From Auanema rhodensis (lineage: Eukaryota > Animalia > Nematoda), in the NCBI GenBank assembly GCA_964057225.1, contig OZ059897.1:4030001-4094000 (forward strand): a DNA stretch of 64,000 bases. The letters run 5' to 3'. Of this stretch, positions 1 through 11,900 are shown piece after piece (the first letter of the stretch is position 1; each line of letters begins with the position of its first letter). The notes under the pieces were generated by a model. That model worked only from the letters and a program-made list of their open reading frames with translations. It made no database searches and had not been told where the DNA came from. The position numbers and the translations under genes were made by a program.

Positions 1-351
1 TACATGGGAACTCAACATACACTAATGCATTATTTTTCAAACGATCATAACTAATTTTTGTATAGAGCGTTTCTCAATGTAGTATAGTGCATTCGATGCG
101 GATTTTTAAGCTGCGTTGATCTGTGTTATCAGATTTGAGTTAACTTAAAAATGCACCGAGATATCAACTGATATAGGTTCACACTTATATCCTCGATTTT
201 CACCCTGAAGAAATGATTTTTTCGTTGAAAAACATTGTCCATCGTATTCGTCTTGAAAAAAGGAATCTAAAAACATCTACTTTTTGTGAAATTATTTAGA
301 AATTTTTCGGGAAAATTTTTGTCAAAATGTTTTTGGAAGCAATGTTGAGTG
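1..351 (+). repeat. Reference monomer (arbitrary phase), 351 bp, 31% GC, many A/T tracts
   Basis: Hand count of monomer 1: 51 C, 59 G, 11 CpG. The next copy starts at 352. Confidence 0.98.
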
Positions 352-2243
352 TACATGGGAACTCAACATACACTAATGCATTATTTTTCAAACGATCATA
401 ACTAATTTTTGTATAGAGCGTTTCTCATTGTAGTATAGTGCATTCGATGCGGATTTTTAAGCTGCGTTGATCTGTGTTATCAGATTTGAGTTAACTTAAA
501 AATGCACCGAGATATCAACTGATATATGTTCACACTTATATCCTCGATTTTCACCCTGAAGAAATGATTTTTTCGTTGAATAACATTGTCCATCGTCTTC
601 GTCTTGAAAAAAGGAATCTAAAAACATCTACTTTTTGTGAAATTATTTAGAATTTTTTCGGGAAAATTTTTGTCAAAATGTTTTTGGAAGCAATGTTGAG
701 TGTACATGGGAACTCAACATACACTAATGCATTATTTTTCAAACGATCATAACTAATTTTTGTATTAAGCGTTTATCAATGTAGTATAGTGCATTCGATG
801 CGGATTTTTAAGCTGCGTCGATCTGTGTTATCAGATTTGCGCTAGCTTGAAAATACACCGAGATATCAACTGATATAGGTTCACACTTATATTCTCGATT
901 TTCACCCTGAAGAATTAATTTTTTCGTTGAATAACATTGTCCATCGTCTTTGCCTTGAAAAAAGGAATCTAAAAACATCTACTTTTTGTGAAATTATTCA
1001 GAAATTTTTCGGGAAAATTTTTGTCACAATGTTTTTGGAAGCAATGTTGAGTGTACATGGGAACTCAGCATACACTAATGCATTATTTTTCAAACGATCA
1101 TAACTAATTTTTGTATAGAGCGTTTCTCAATGTAGTATAGTGCATTCGATGCGGATTTTTAAGCTGCGTTGATCTGTGTTATCAGATTTGAGTTAACTTA
1201 AAAATGCACCGAGATATCAACTGATATAGGTTCACACTTATATCCTCGATTTTCACCCTGAAGAAATGATTTTTTCGTTGAAAAACATTGTCCATCGTAT
1301 TCGTCTTGAAAAAAGGAATCTAAAAACATCTACTTTTTGTGAAATTATTTAGAAATTTTTCGGGAAAATTTTTGTCAAAATGTTTTTGGAAGCAATGTTG
1401 AGTGTACATGGGAACTCAACATACACTAATGCATTATTTTTCAAACGATCATAACTAATTTTTGTATAGAGCGTTTCTCATTGTAGTATAGTGCATTCGA
1501 TGCGGATTTTTAAGCTGCGTTGATCTGTGTTATCAGATTTGAGTTAACTTAAAAATGCACCGAGATATCAACTGATATATGTTCACACTTATATCCTCGA
1601 TTTTCACCCTGAAGAAATGATTTTTTCGTTGAATAACATTGTCCATCGTCTTCGTCTTGAAAAAAGGAATCTAAAAACATCTACTTTTTGTGAAATTATT
1701 TAGAATTTTTTCGGGAAAATTTTTGTCAAAATGTTTTTGGAAGCAATGTTGAGTGTACATGGGAACTCAACATACACTAATGCATTATTTTTCAAACGAT
1801 CATAACTAATTTTTGTATTAAGCGTTTATCAATGTAGTATAGTGCATTCGATGCGGATTTTTAAGCTGCGTCGATCTGTGTTATCAGATTTGCGCTAGCT
1901 TGAAAATACACCGAGATATCAACTGATATAGGTTCACACTTATATTCTCGATTTTCACCCTGAAGAATTAATTTTTTCGTTGAATAACATTGTCCATCGT
2001 CTTTGCCTTGAAAAAAGGAATCTAAAAACATCTACTTTTTGTGAAATTATTCAGAAATTTTTCGGGAAAATTTTTGTCACAATGTTTTTGGAAGCAATGT
2101 TGAGTGTACATGGGAACTCAGCATACACTAATGCATTATTTTTCAAACGATCATAACTAATTTTTGTATAGAGCGTTTCTCAATGTAGTATAGTGCATTC
2201 GATGCGGATTTTTAAGCTGCGTTGATCTGTGTTATCAGATTTG
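16..2243. repeat. Tandem duplication of a 3-monomer (1053-bp) unit
   Basis: Rare variants repeat at +1053: AATACACC (855/1908), TATTCTCG, TATTAAGC and TAGAATTTTT. Confidence 0.9.
342..369. other. 9-bp inverted repeat ATGTTGAGT-(10 nt)-ACTCAACAT, present once per monomer (perfect or with one G-T pair)
   Basis: 342-350 is the exact reverse complement of 361-369. First copy shown. Confidence 0.85.
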
Positions 2244-3863
2244 CGCTAGCTTAAAAATGCACCGAGTAATCAACTGATATAGGTTCACACTTATATCCTC
2301 GATTTTCACCCTGAAGAATTAATTTTTTCGTTGAATAACATTGTCCATCGTCTTTGCCTTGAAAAAAGAAATCTAAAAACATCTACTTTTTGTGAAATTA
2401 TTCAGAAATTTTTCGGGAAAATTTTTGTCACAATGTTTTTGGAAGCAATGTTAAGTGTACATGGGAACTCAACACACACTAATGCAATTTTTTTTCAAAC
2501 GATCATAACTAATTTTTGTATAGAGCGTTTCTCAATGTAGTATAGTGCATTCGATGCGGATTTTTAAGCTGCGTCGATCTGTGTTATCCGATTTGAGTTA
2601 GCTTAAAAATGCACCGAGATATCAACTGATATAGGTTCACACGTATATCCTCGATTTTCACCCTGAAGAATTAATTTTTTCGTTGAAAAACATTGTCCAT
2701 CGTATTCGTCTTGAAAAAAAGAATCTAAAAACATCTACTTTTTGTGAAATTATTTAGAAATTTTTCGGGAAAATTTTTGTCAAAATGTTTTTGGAAGCAA
2801 TGTTGAGTGTACATGGGAACTCAACATACACTAATGCATTATTTTTCAAACGATCATAACTAATTTTTGTATAGAGCGTTTCTCAATGTAGTATAGTGCA
2901 TTCGATGCGGATTTTTAAGCTGCGTCGATCTGTGTTATCCGATTTGAGTTAGCTTAAAAATGCACCGAGATATCAACTGATATAGGTTCACACTTATATC
3001 CTCGATTTTCACCCTGAAGAATTAATTTTTTCGTTGAAAAACATTGTCCATCGTATTCGTCTTGAAAAAAAGAATCTAAAAACATCTACTTTTTGTGAAA
3101 TTATTTAGAAATTTTTCGGGAAAATTTTTGTCAAAATGTTTTTGGAAGCAATGTTGAGTGTACATGGGAACTCAACATACACTAATGCATTATTTTTCAA
3201 ACGATCATAACTAATTTTTGTATAGAGCGTTTCTCAATGTAGTATAGTGCATTCGATGCGGATTTTTAAGCTGCGTTGATCTGTGTTATCAGATTTGAGT
3301 TAACTTAAAAATGCACCGAGATATCAACTGATATAGGTTCACACTTATATCCTCGATTTTCACCCTGAAGAAATGATTTTTTCGTTGAAAAACATTGTCC
3401 ATCGTATTCGTCTTGAAAAAAGGAATCTAAAAACATCTACTTTTTGTGAAATTATTTAGAAATTTTTCGGGAAAATTTTTGTCAAAATGTTTTTGGAAGC
3501 AATGTTGAGTGTACATGGGAACTCAACATACACTAATGCATTATTTTTCAAACGATCATAACTAATTTTTGTATAGAGCGTTTCTCAATGTAGTATAGTG
3601 CATTCGATGCGGATTTTTAAGCTGCGTTGATCTGTGTTATCAGATTTGAGTTAACTTAAAAATGCACCGAGATATCAACTGATATAGGTTCACACTTATA
3701 TCCTCGATTTTCACCCTGAAGAAATGATTTTTTCGTTGAAAAACATTGTCCATCGTATTCGTCTTGAAAAAAAGGAATCTAAAAACATCTACATTTTGTG
3801 AAATTATTTAGAAATTTTTCGGGAAAATTTTTGTCAAAATGTTTTTGGAAGCAATGTTGAGTG

Positions 3864-5971
3864 TACATGGGAACTCAACATACACTAATGCATTATTTTT
3901 CAAACGATCATAACTAATTTTTGTATAGAGCGTTTCTCAATGTAGTATAGTGCATTCGATGCGGATTTTTAAGCTGCGTTGATCTGTGTTATCAGATTTG
4001 AGTTAACTTAAAAATGCACCGAGATATCAACTGATATATGTTCACACTTATATCCTCGATTTTCACCCTGAAGAAATGATTTTTTCGTTGAAAAACATTG
4101 TCCATCGTATTGGTCTTGAAAAAAGGAATCTAAAAACATCTACTTTTTGTGAAATTATTTAGAAATTTTTCGGGAAAATTTTTGTCAAAATGTTTTTGGA
4201 AGCAATGTTGAGTGTACATGGGAACTCAGCATACACTAATGCATTATTTTTCAAACGATCATAACTAATTTTTGTATGGAGCGTTTCTCAATGTAGTATA
4301 GTGCATTCGATGCGGATTTTTAAGCTGCGTTGATCTGTGTTATCAGATTTGCGCTAGCTTAAAAATGCACCGAGTAATCAACTGATATAGGTTCACACTT
4401 ATATCCTCGATTTTCACCCTGAAGAATTAATTTTTTCGTTGAATAACATTGTCCATCGTCTTTGCCTTGAAAAAAGAAATCTAAAACCATCTACTTTTTG
4501 TGAAATTATTCAGAACTTTTTCGGGAAAATTTTTGTCACAATGTTTTTGGAAGCAATGTTAAGTGTACATGGGAACTCAACACACACTAATGCAATTTTT
4601 TTTCAAACGATCATAACTAATTTTTGTATAGAGCGTTTCTCAATGTAGTATAGTGCATTCGATGCGGATTTTTAAGCTGCGTCGATCTGTGTTATCCGAT
4701 TTGAGTTAGCTTAAAAATGCACCGAGATATCAACTGATATAGGTTCACACTTATATCCTCGATTTTCACCCTGAAGAATTAATTTTTTCGTTGAAAAACA
4801 TTGTCCATCGTATTCGTCTTGAAAAAAAGAATCTAAAAACATCTACTTTTTGTGAAATTATTTAGAAATTTTTCGGGAAAATTTTTGTCAAAATGTTTTT
4901 GGAAGCAATGTTGAGTGTACATGGGAACTCAACATACACTAATGCATTATTTTTCAAACGATCATAACTAATTTTTGTATAGAGCGTTTCTCAATGTAGT
5001 ATAGTGCATTCGATGCGGATTTTTAAGCTGCGTTGATCTGTGTTATCAGATTTGAGTTAACTTAAAAATGCACCGAGATATCAACTGATATATGTTCACA
5101 CTTATATCCTCGATTTTCACCCTGAAGAAATGATTTTTTCGTTGAAAAACATTGTCCATCGTATTGGTCTTGAAAAAAGGAATCTAAAAACATCTACTTT
5201 TTGTGAAATTATTTAGAAATTTTTCGGGAAAATTTTTGTCAAAATGTTTTTGGAAGCAATGTTGAGTGTACATGGGAACTCAACATACACTAATGCATTA
5301 TTTTTCAAACGATCATAACTAATTTTTGTATAGAGCGTTTCTCAATGTAGTATAGTGCATTCGATGCGGATTTTTAAGCTGCGTTGATCTGTGTTATCAG
5401 ATTTGCGCTAGCTTAAAAATGCACCGAGTAATCAACTGATATAGGTTCACACTTATATCCTCGATTTTCACCCTGAAGAATTAATTTTTTCGTTGAATAA
5501 CATTGTCCATCGTCTTTGCCTTGAAAAAAGAAATCTAAAACCATCTACTTTTTGTGAAATTATTCAGAACTTTTTCGGGAAAATTTTTGTCACAATGTTT
5601 TTGGAAGCAATGTTAAGTGTACATGGGAACTCAACACACACTAATGCAATTTTTTTTCAAACGATCATAACTAATTTTTGTATAGAGCGTTTCTCAATGT
5701 AGTATAGTGCATTCGATGCGGATTTTTAAGCTGCGTCGATCTGTGTTATCCGATTTGAGTTAGCTTAAAAATGCACCGAGATATCAACTGATATAGGTTC
5801 ACACTTATATCCTCGATTTTCACCCTGAAGAATTAATTTTTTCGTTGAAAAACATTGTCCATCGTATTCGTCTTGAAAAAAAGAATCTAAAAACATCTAC
5901 TTTTTGTGAAATTATTTAGAAATTTTTCGGGAAAATTTTTGTCAAAATGTTTTTGGAAGCAATGTTGAGTG
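3864..5971. repeat. Tandem duplication of a 3-monomer (1054-bp) unit
   Basis: TATTGGTC, AAAACCATCT, CAGAACTTTT and the +1 insertion monomer repeat at +1054. The identical spurious ORFs at 4439 and 5493 are 1054 apart. Two allele mismatches exist between copies. Confidence 0.88.
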
Positions 5972-8900
5972 TACATGGGAACTCAACATACACTAATGCA
6001 TTATTTTTCAAACGATCATAACTAATTTTTGTATAGAGCGTTTCTCAATGTAGTATAGTGCATTCGATGCGGATTTTTAAGCTGCGTTGATCTGTGTTAT
6101 CAGATTTGAGTTAACTTAAAAATGCACCGAGATATCAACTGATATAGGTTCACACTTATATCCTCGATTTTCACCCTGAAGAAATGATTTTTTCGTTGAA
6201 AAACATTGTCCATCGTATTCGTCTTGAAAAAAGGAATCTAAAAACATCTACTTTTTGTGAAATTATTTAGAAATTTTTCGGGAAAATTTTTGTCAAAATG
6301 TTTTTGGAAGCAATGTTGAGTGTACATGGGAACTCAACATACACTAATGCATTATTTTTCAAACGATCATAACTAATTTTTGTATAGAGCGTTTCTCATT
6401 GTAGTATAGTGCATTCGATGCGGATTTTTAAGCTGCGTTGATCTGTGTTATCAGATTTGAGTTAACTTAAAAATGCACCGAGATATCAACTGATATAGGT
6501 TCACACATATATCCTCGATTTTCACCCTGAAGAAAAGATTTTTTCGTTGAAAAACATTGTCCATCGTCTTCGTCTTGAAAAAAGGAATCTAAAAACATCT
6601 ACTTTTTGTGAAATTATTCAGAAATTTTTCGGGAAAATTTTTGTCAAAATGTTTTTGGAAGCAATGTTGAGTGTACATGGGAACTCAGCATACACTAATG
6701 CATTATTTTTCAAACGATCATAACTAATTTTTGTATGGAGCGTTTCTCAATGTAGTATAGTGCATTCGATGCGGATTTTTAAGCTGCGTTGATCTGTGTT
6801 ATCAGATTTGCGCTAGCTTAAAAATGCACCGAGTAATCAACTGATATAGGTTCACACTTATATCCTCGATTTTCACCCTGAAGAATTAATTTTTTCGTTG
6901 AATAACATTGTCCATCGTCTTTGCCTTGAAAAAAAAAATCTAAAAACTCCTACTTTTTGTGAAATTATTTAGAAATTTTTCGGGGAAATTTTTGTCACAA
7001 TGTTTTTGGAAGCAATGTTGAGTGTACATGGGAACTCAGCATACACTAATGCATTATTTTTCAAACGATCATAACTAATTTTTGTATGGAGCGTTTCTCA
7101 ATGTAGTATAGTGCATTCGATGCGGAGTTTTAAGCTGCGTTGATCTGTGTTATCAGATTTGCGCTAGCTTAAAAATGCACCGAGTAATCAACTGATATAG
7201 GTTCACACTTATATCCTCGATTTTCACCCTGAAGAATTAATTTTTTCGTTGAATAACATTGTCCATCGTCTTTGCCTTGAAAAAAAAAATCTAAAAACTC
7301 CTACTTTTTGTGAAATTATTTAGAAATTTTTCGGGAAAATTTTTGTCACAATGTTTTTGGAAGCAATGTTGAGTGTACATGGGAACTCAGCATACACTAA
7401 TGCATTATTTTTCAAACGATCATAACTAATTTTTGTATGGAGCGTTTCTCAATGTAGTATAGTGCATTCGATGCGGAGTTTTAAGCTGCGTTGATCTGTG
7501 TTATCAGATTTGCGCTAGCTTAAAAATGCACCGAGTAATCAACTGATATAGGTTCACACTTATATCCTCGATTTTCACCCTGAAGAATAAATTTTTTCGT
7601 TGAATAACATTGTCCATCGTCTTTGCCTTGAAAAAAAAAATCTAAAAACTCCTACTTTTTGTGAAATTATTCAGAAATTTTTCGGGAAAATTTTTGTCAC
7701 AATGTTTTTGGAAGCAATGTTGAGTGTACATGGGAACTCAGCATACACTAATGCATTATTTTTCAAACGATCATAACTAATTTTTGTATAGAGCGTTTCT
7801 CAATGTAGTATAGTGCATTCGATGCGGATTTTTAAGCTGCGTCGATCTGTGTTATCAGATTTGAGTTAGCTTGAAAATGCACCGAGATATCAACTGATAT
7901 ATGTTCACACTTATATCCTCGATTTTCACCCTGAAGAAATGATTTTTTCGTTGAAAAACATTGTCCATCGTATTCGTCTTGAAAAAAGGAATCTAAAAAC
8001 ATCTACTTTTTGTGAAATTATTTAGAAATTTTTCGGGAAAATTTTTGTCACAATGTTTTTGGAAGCAATGTTGAGTGTACATGGGAACTCAGCATACACT
8101 AATGCATTATTTTTCAAACGATCATAACTAATTTTTTTATAGAGCGTTTCTCAATGTAGTATAGTGCATTCGATGCGGATTTTTAAGCTGCGTCGATCTG
8201 TGTTATCAGATTTGAGTTAGCTTGAAAATGCACCGAGATATCAACTGATATATGTTCACACTTATATCCTCGATTTTCACCCTGAAGAATTAATTTTTTC
8301 GTTGAATAACATTGTCCATCGTCTTTGCCTTGAAAAAAGAAATCTAAAAACTCCTACTTTTTGTGAAATTATATAGAAATTCTTCGGGAAAATTTTTGTC
8401 ACAATGTTTTTGGAAGCAATGTTGAGTGTACATGGGAACTCAGCATACACTAATGCATTATTTTTCAAACGATCATAACTAATTTTTGTATAGAGCGTTT
8501 CTCAATGTAGTATAGTGCATTCGATGCGGATTTTTAAGCTGCGTCGATCTGTGTTATCAGATTTGAGTTAGCTTGAAAATGCACCGAGATATCAACTGAT
8601 ATATGTTCACACTTATATCCTCGATTTTCACCCTGAAGAAATGATTTTTTCGTTGAAAAACATTGTCCATCGTATTCGTCTTGAAAAAAGGAATCTAAAA
8701 ACATCTACTTTTTGTGAAATTATTTAGAAATTTTTCGGGAAAATTTTTGTCACAATGTTTTTGGAAGCAATGTTGAGTGTACATGGGAACTCAGCATACA
8801 CTAATGCATTATTTTTCAAACGATCATAACTAATTTTTGTATGGAGCGTTTCTCAATGTAGTATAGTGCATTCGATGCGGAGTTTTAAGCTGCGTTGATC

Positions 8901-11900
8901 TGTGTTATCAGATTTGCGCTAGCTTAAAAATGCACCGAGTAATCAACTGATATAGGTTCACACTTATATCCTCGATTTTCACCCTGAAGAATTAATTTTT
9001 TCGTTGAATAACATTGTCCATCGTATTCGTCTTGAAAAAAGGAATCTAAAAACATCTACTTTTTGTGAAATTATTTAGAAATTTTTCGGGAAAATTTTTG
9101 TCACAATGTTTTTGGAAGCAATGTTGAGTGTACATGGGAACTCAGCATACACTAATGCATTATTTTTCAAACGATCATAACTAATTTTTGTATAGAGCGT
9201 TTCTCAATGTAGTATAGTGCATTCGATGCGGATTTTTAAGCTGCGTCGATCTGTGTTATCAGATTTGAGTTAGCTTGAAAATGCACCGAGATATCAACTG
9301 ATATATGTTCACACTTATATCCTCGATTTTCACCCTGAAGAATTAATTTTTTCGTTGAATAACATTGTCCATCGTCTTTGCCTTGAAAAAAGAAATTCAA
9401 AAACTCCTACTTTTTGTGAAATTATTTAGAAATTTTTCGGGAAAATTTTTGTCACAATGTTTTTGGAAGCAATGTTGAGTGTACATGGGAACTCAGCATA
9501 CACTAATGCATTATTTTTCAAACGATCATAACTAATTTTTGTATAGAGCGTTTCTCAATGTAGTATAGTGCATTCGATGCGGATTTTTAAGCTGCGTCGA
9601 TCTGTGTTATCAGATTTGAGTTAGCTTGAAAATGCACCGAGATATCAACTGATATATGTTCACACTTATATCCTCGATTTTCACCCTGAAGAAATGATTT
9701 TTTCGTTGAAAAACATTGTCCATCGTATTCGTCTTGAAAAAAGGAATCTAAAAACATCTACTGTTTGTGAAATTATTTAGAAATTTTTCTGGAAAATTTT
9801 TGTCACAATGTTTTTGGAAGCAATGTTGAGTGTACATGGGAACTCAGCATACACTAATGCATTATTTTTCAAACGATCATAACTAATTTTTGTATAGAGC
9901 GTTTCTCAATGTAGTATAGTGCATTCGATGCGGATTTTTAAGCTGCGTCGATCTGTGTTATCAGATTTGAGTTAGCTTAAAAATGCACCGAGATATCAAC
10001 TGATATATGTTCACACTTATATCCTCGATTTTCACCCTGAAGAAATGATTTTTTCGTTAAAAAACATTGTCCATCGTATTCGTCTTGAAAAAAGGAATCT
10101 AAAAACATCTACTTTTTGTGAAATTATTTAGAAATTTTTCGGGAAAATTTTTGTCAAAATGTTTTTGGAAGCAATGTTGAGTGTACATGGGAACTCAACA
10201 TACACTAATGCATTATTTTTCAAACGATCATAACTAATTTTTGTATGGAGCGTTTCTCAATGTAGTATAGTGCATTCGATGCGGATTTTTAAGCTGCGTC
10301 GATCTGTGTTATCAGATTCGAGTTAGCTTGAAAATGCACCGAGATATCAACTGATATATGTTCACACTTATATCCTCGATTTTCACCCTGAAGAAATGAT
10401 TTTTTCGTTGAAAAACATTGTCCATCGTAATCGTCTTGAAAAAAGGAATCTAAAAACATCTACTTTTTGTGAAATTATTTAGAAATTTTTCGGGAAAATT
10501 TTTGTCACAATGTTTTTGGAAGCAATGTTGAGTGTACATGGGAACTCAGCATACACTAATGCATTATTTTTCAAACGATCATAACTAATTTTTTTATAGA
10601 GCGTTTCTCAATGTAGTATAGTGCATTCGATGCGGATTTTTAAGCTGCGTCGATCTGTGTTATCAGATTTGAGTTAGCTTGAAAATGCACCGAGATATCA
10701 ACTGATATATGTTCACACTTATATCCTCGATTTTCACCCTGAAGAAATGATTTTTTCGTTGAAAAACATTGTCCATCGTATTCGTCTTGAAAAAAGGAAT
10801 CTAAAAACATCTACTTTTTGTGAAATTATTTAGAAATTTTTCGGGAAAATTTTTGTCACAATGTTTTTGGAAGCAATGTTGAGTGTACATGGGAACTCAG
10901 CATACACTAATGCATTATTTTTCAAACGATCATAACTAATTTTTTTATAGAGCGTTTCTCAATGTAGTATAGTGCATTCGATGCGGATTTTTAAGCTGCG
11001 TCGATCTGTGTTATCAGATTTGAGTTAGCTTGAAAATGCACCGAGATATCAACTGATATATGTTCACACTTATATCCTCGATTTTCACCCTGAAGAATTA
11101 ATTTTTTCGTTGAATAACATTGTCCATCGTCTTTGCCTTGAAAAAAGAAATCTAAAAACTCCTACTTTTTGTGAAATTATTTAGAAATTTTTCGGGAAAA
11201 TTTTTGTCACAATGTTTTTGGAAGCAATGTTGAGTGTACATGGGAACTCAGCATACACTAATGCATTATTTTTCAAACGATCATAACTAATTTTTGTATA
11301 GAGCGTTTCTCAATGTAGTATAGTGCATTCGATGCGGATTTTTAAGCTGCGTCGATCTGTGTTATCAGATTTGAGTTAGCTTGAAAATGCACCGAGATAT
11401 CAACTGATATATGTTCACACTTATATCCTCGATTTTCACCCTGAAGAAATGATTTTTTCGTTGAAAAACATTGTCCATCGTATTCGTCTTGAAAAAAGGA
11501 ATCTAAAAACATCTACTTTTTGTGAAATTATTTAGAAATTTTTCGGGAAAATTTTTGTCACAATGTTTTTGGAAGCAATGTTGAGTGTACATGGGAACTC
11601 AGCATACACTAATGCATTATTTTTCAAACGATCATAACTAATTTTTGTATGGAGCGTTTCTCAATGTAGTATAGTGCATTCGATGCGGAGTTTTAAGCTG
11701 CGTTGATCTGTGTTATCAGATTTGCGCTAGCTTAAAAATGCACCGAGTAATCAACTGATATAGGTTCACACTTATATCCTCGATTTTCACCCTGAAGAAT
11801 TAATTTTTTCGTTGAATAACATTGTCCATCGTATTCGTCTTGAAAAAAGGAATCTAAAAACATCTACTTTTTGTGAAATTATTTAGAAATTTTTCGGGAA

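Larger units (their letters stand above)
1..6673. repeat. Left sub-domain of array (monomers 1-19)
   Basis: Private variants GAGTTAACT (offset 143 A) and ATCCGA (offset 131 C). Contains all four complete 352-bp monomers (starting 2458, 3512, 4566, 5620). Mostly CTCAAC/GTCAAA alleles. Confidence 0.8.

Noticed and set aside
221-237. CENP-B box-like TTTCGTTGAAAAACATT
   Set aside because: It resembles the 5' half of the human box (TTCGTTGGAAACGGG) but lacks the essential CGGG, so it does not fit NTTCGNNNNANNCGGGN.
1-351. Tandem 5S rRNA, tRNA, snRNA or spliced-leader gene unit
   Set aside because: I recognised no 5S, tRNA cloverleaf or A/B-box, or SL/Sm-site sequence on either strand. An Infernal/Rfam scan would be the definitive test.
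1-351. Assignment to a known satellite (Drosophila 359-bp/1.688, primate alpha satellite, ~350-bp beetle satellites)
   Set aside because: Only length and AT-richness are similar. I recognise no sequence match and cannot run a search.
2331-5702. Three 69-aa + strand ORFs (2331, 4439, 5493)
   Set aside because: They begin at TTG within the satellite. They are open only because a TAG>CAG variant and the +1 insertion remove stops that are present in nearly all other monomers. There is no recognisable domain.
8277-8468. 63-aa minus-strand ORF
   Set aside because: It is opened by a singleton substitution in one monomer, and the same frame is closed in other copies.
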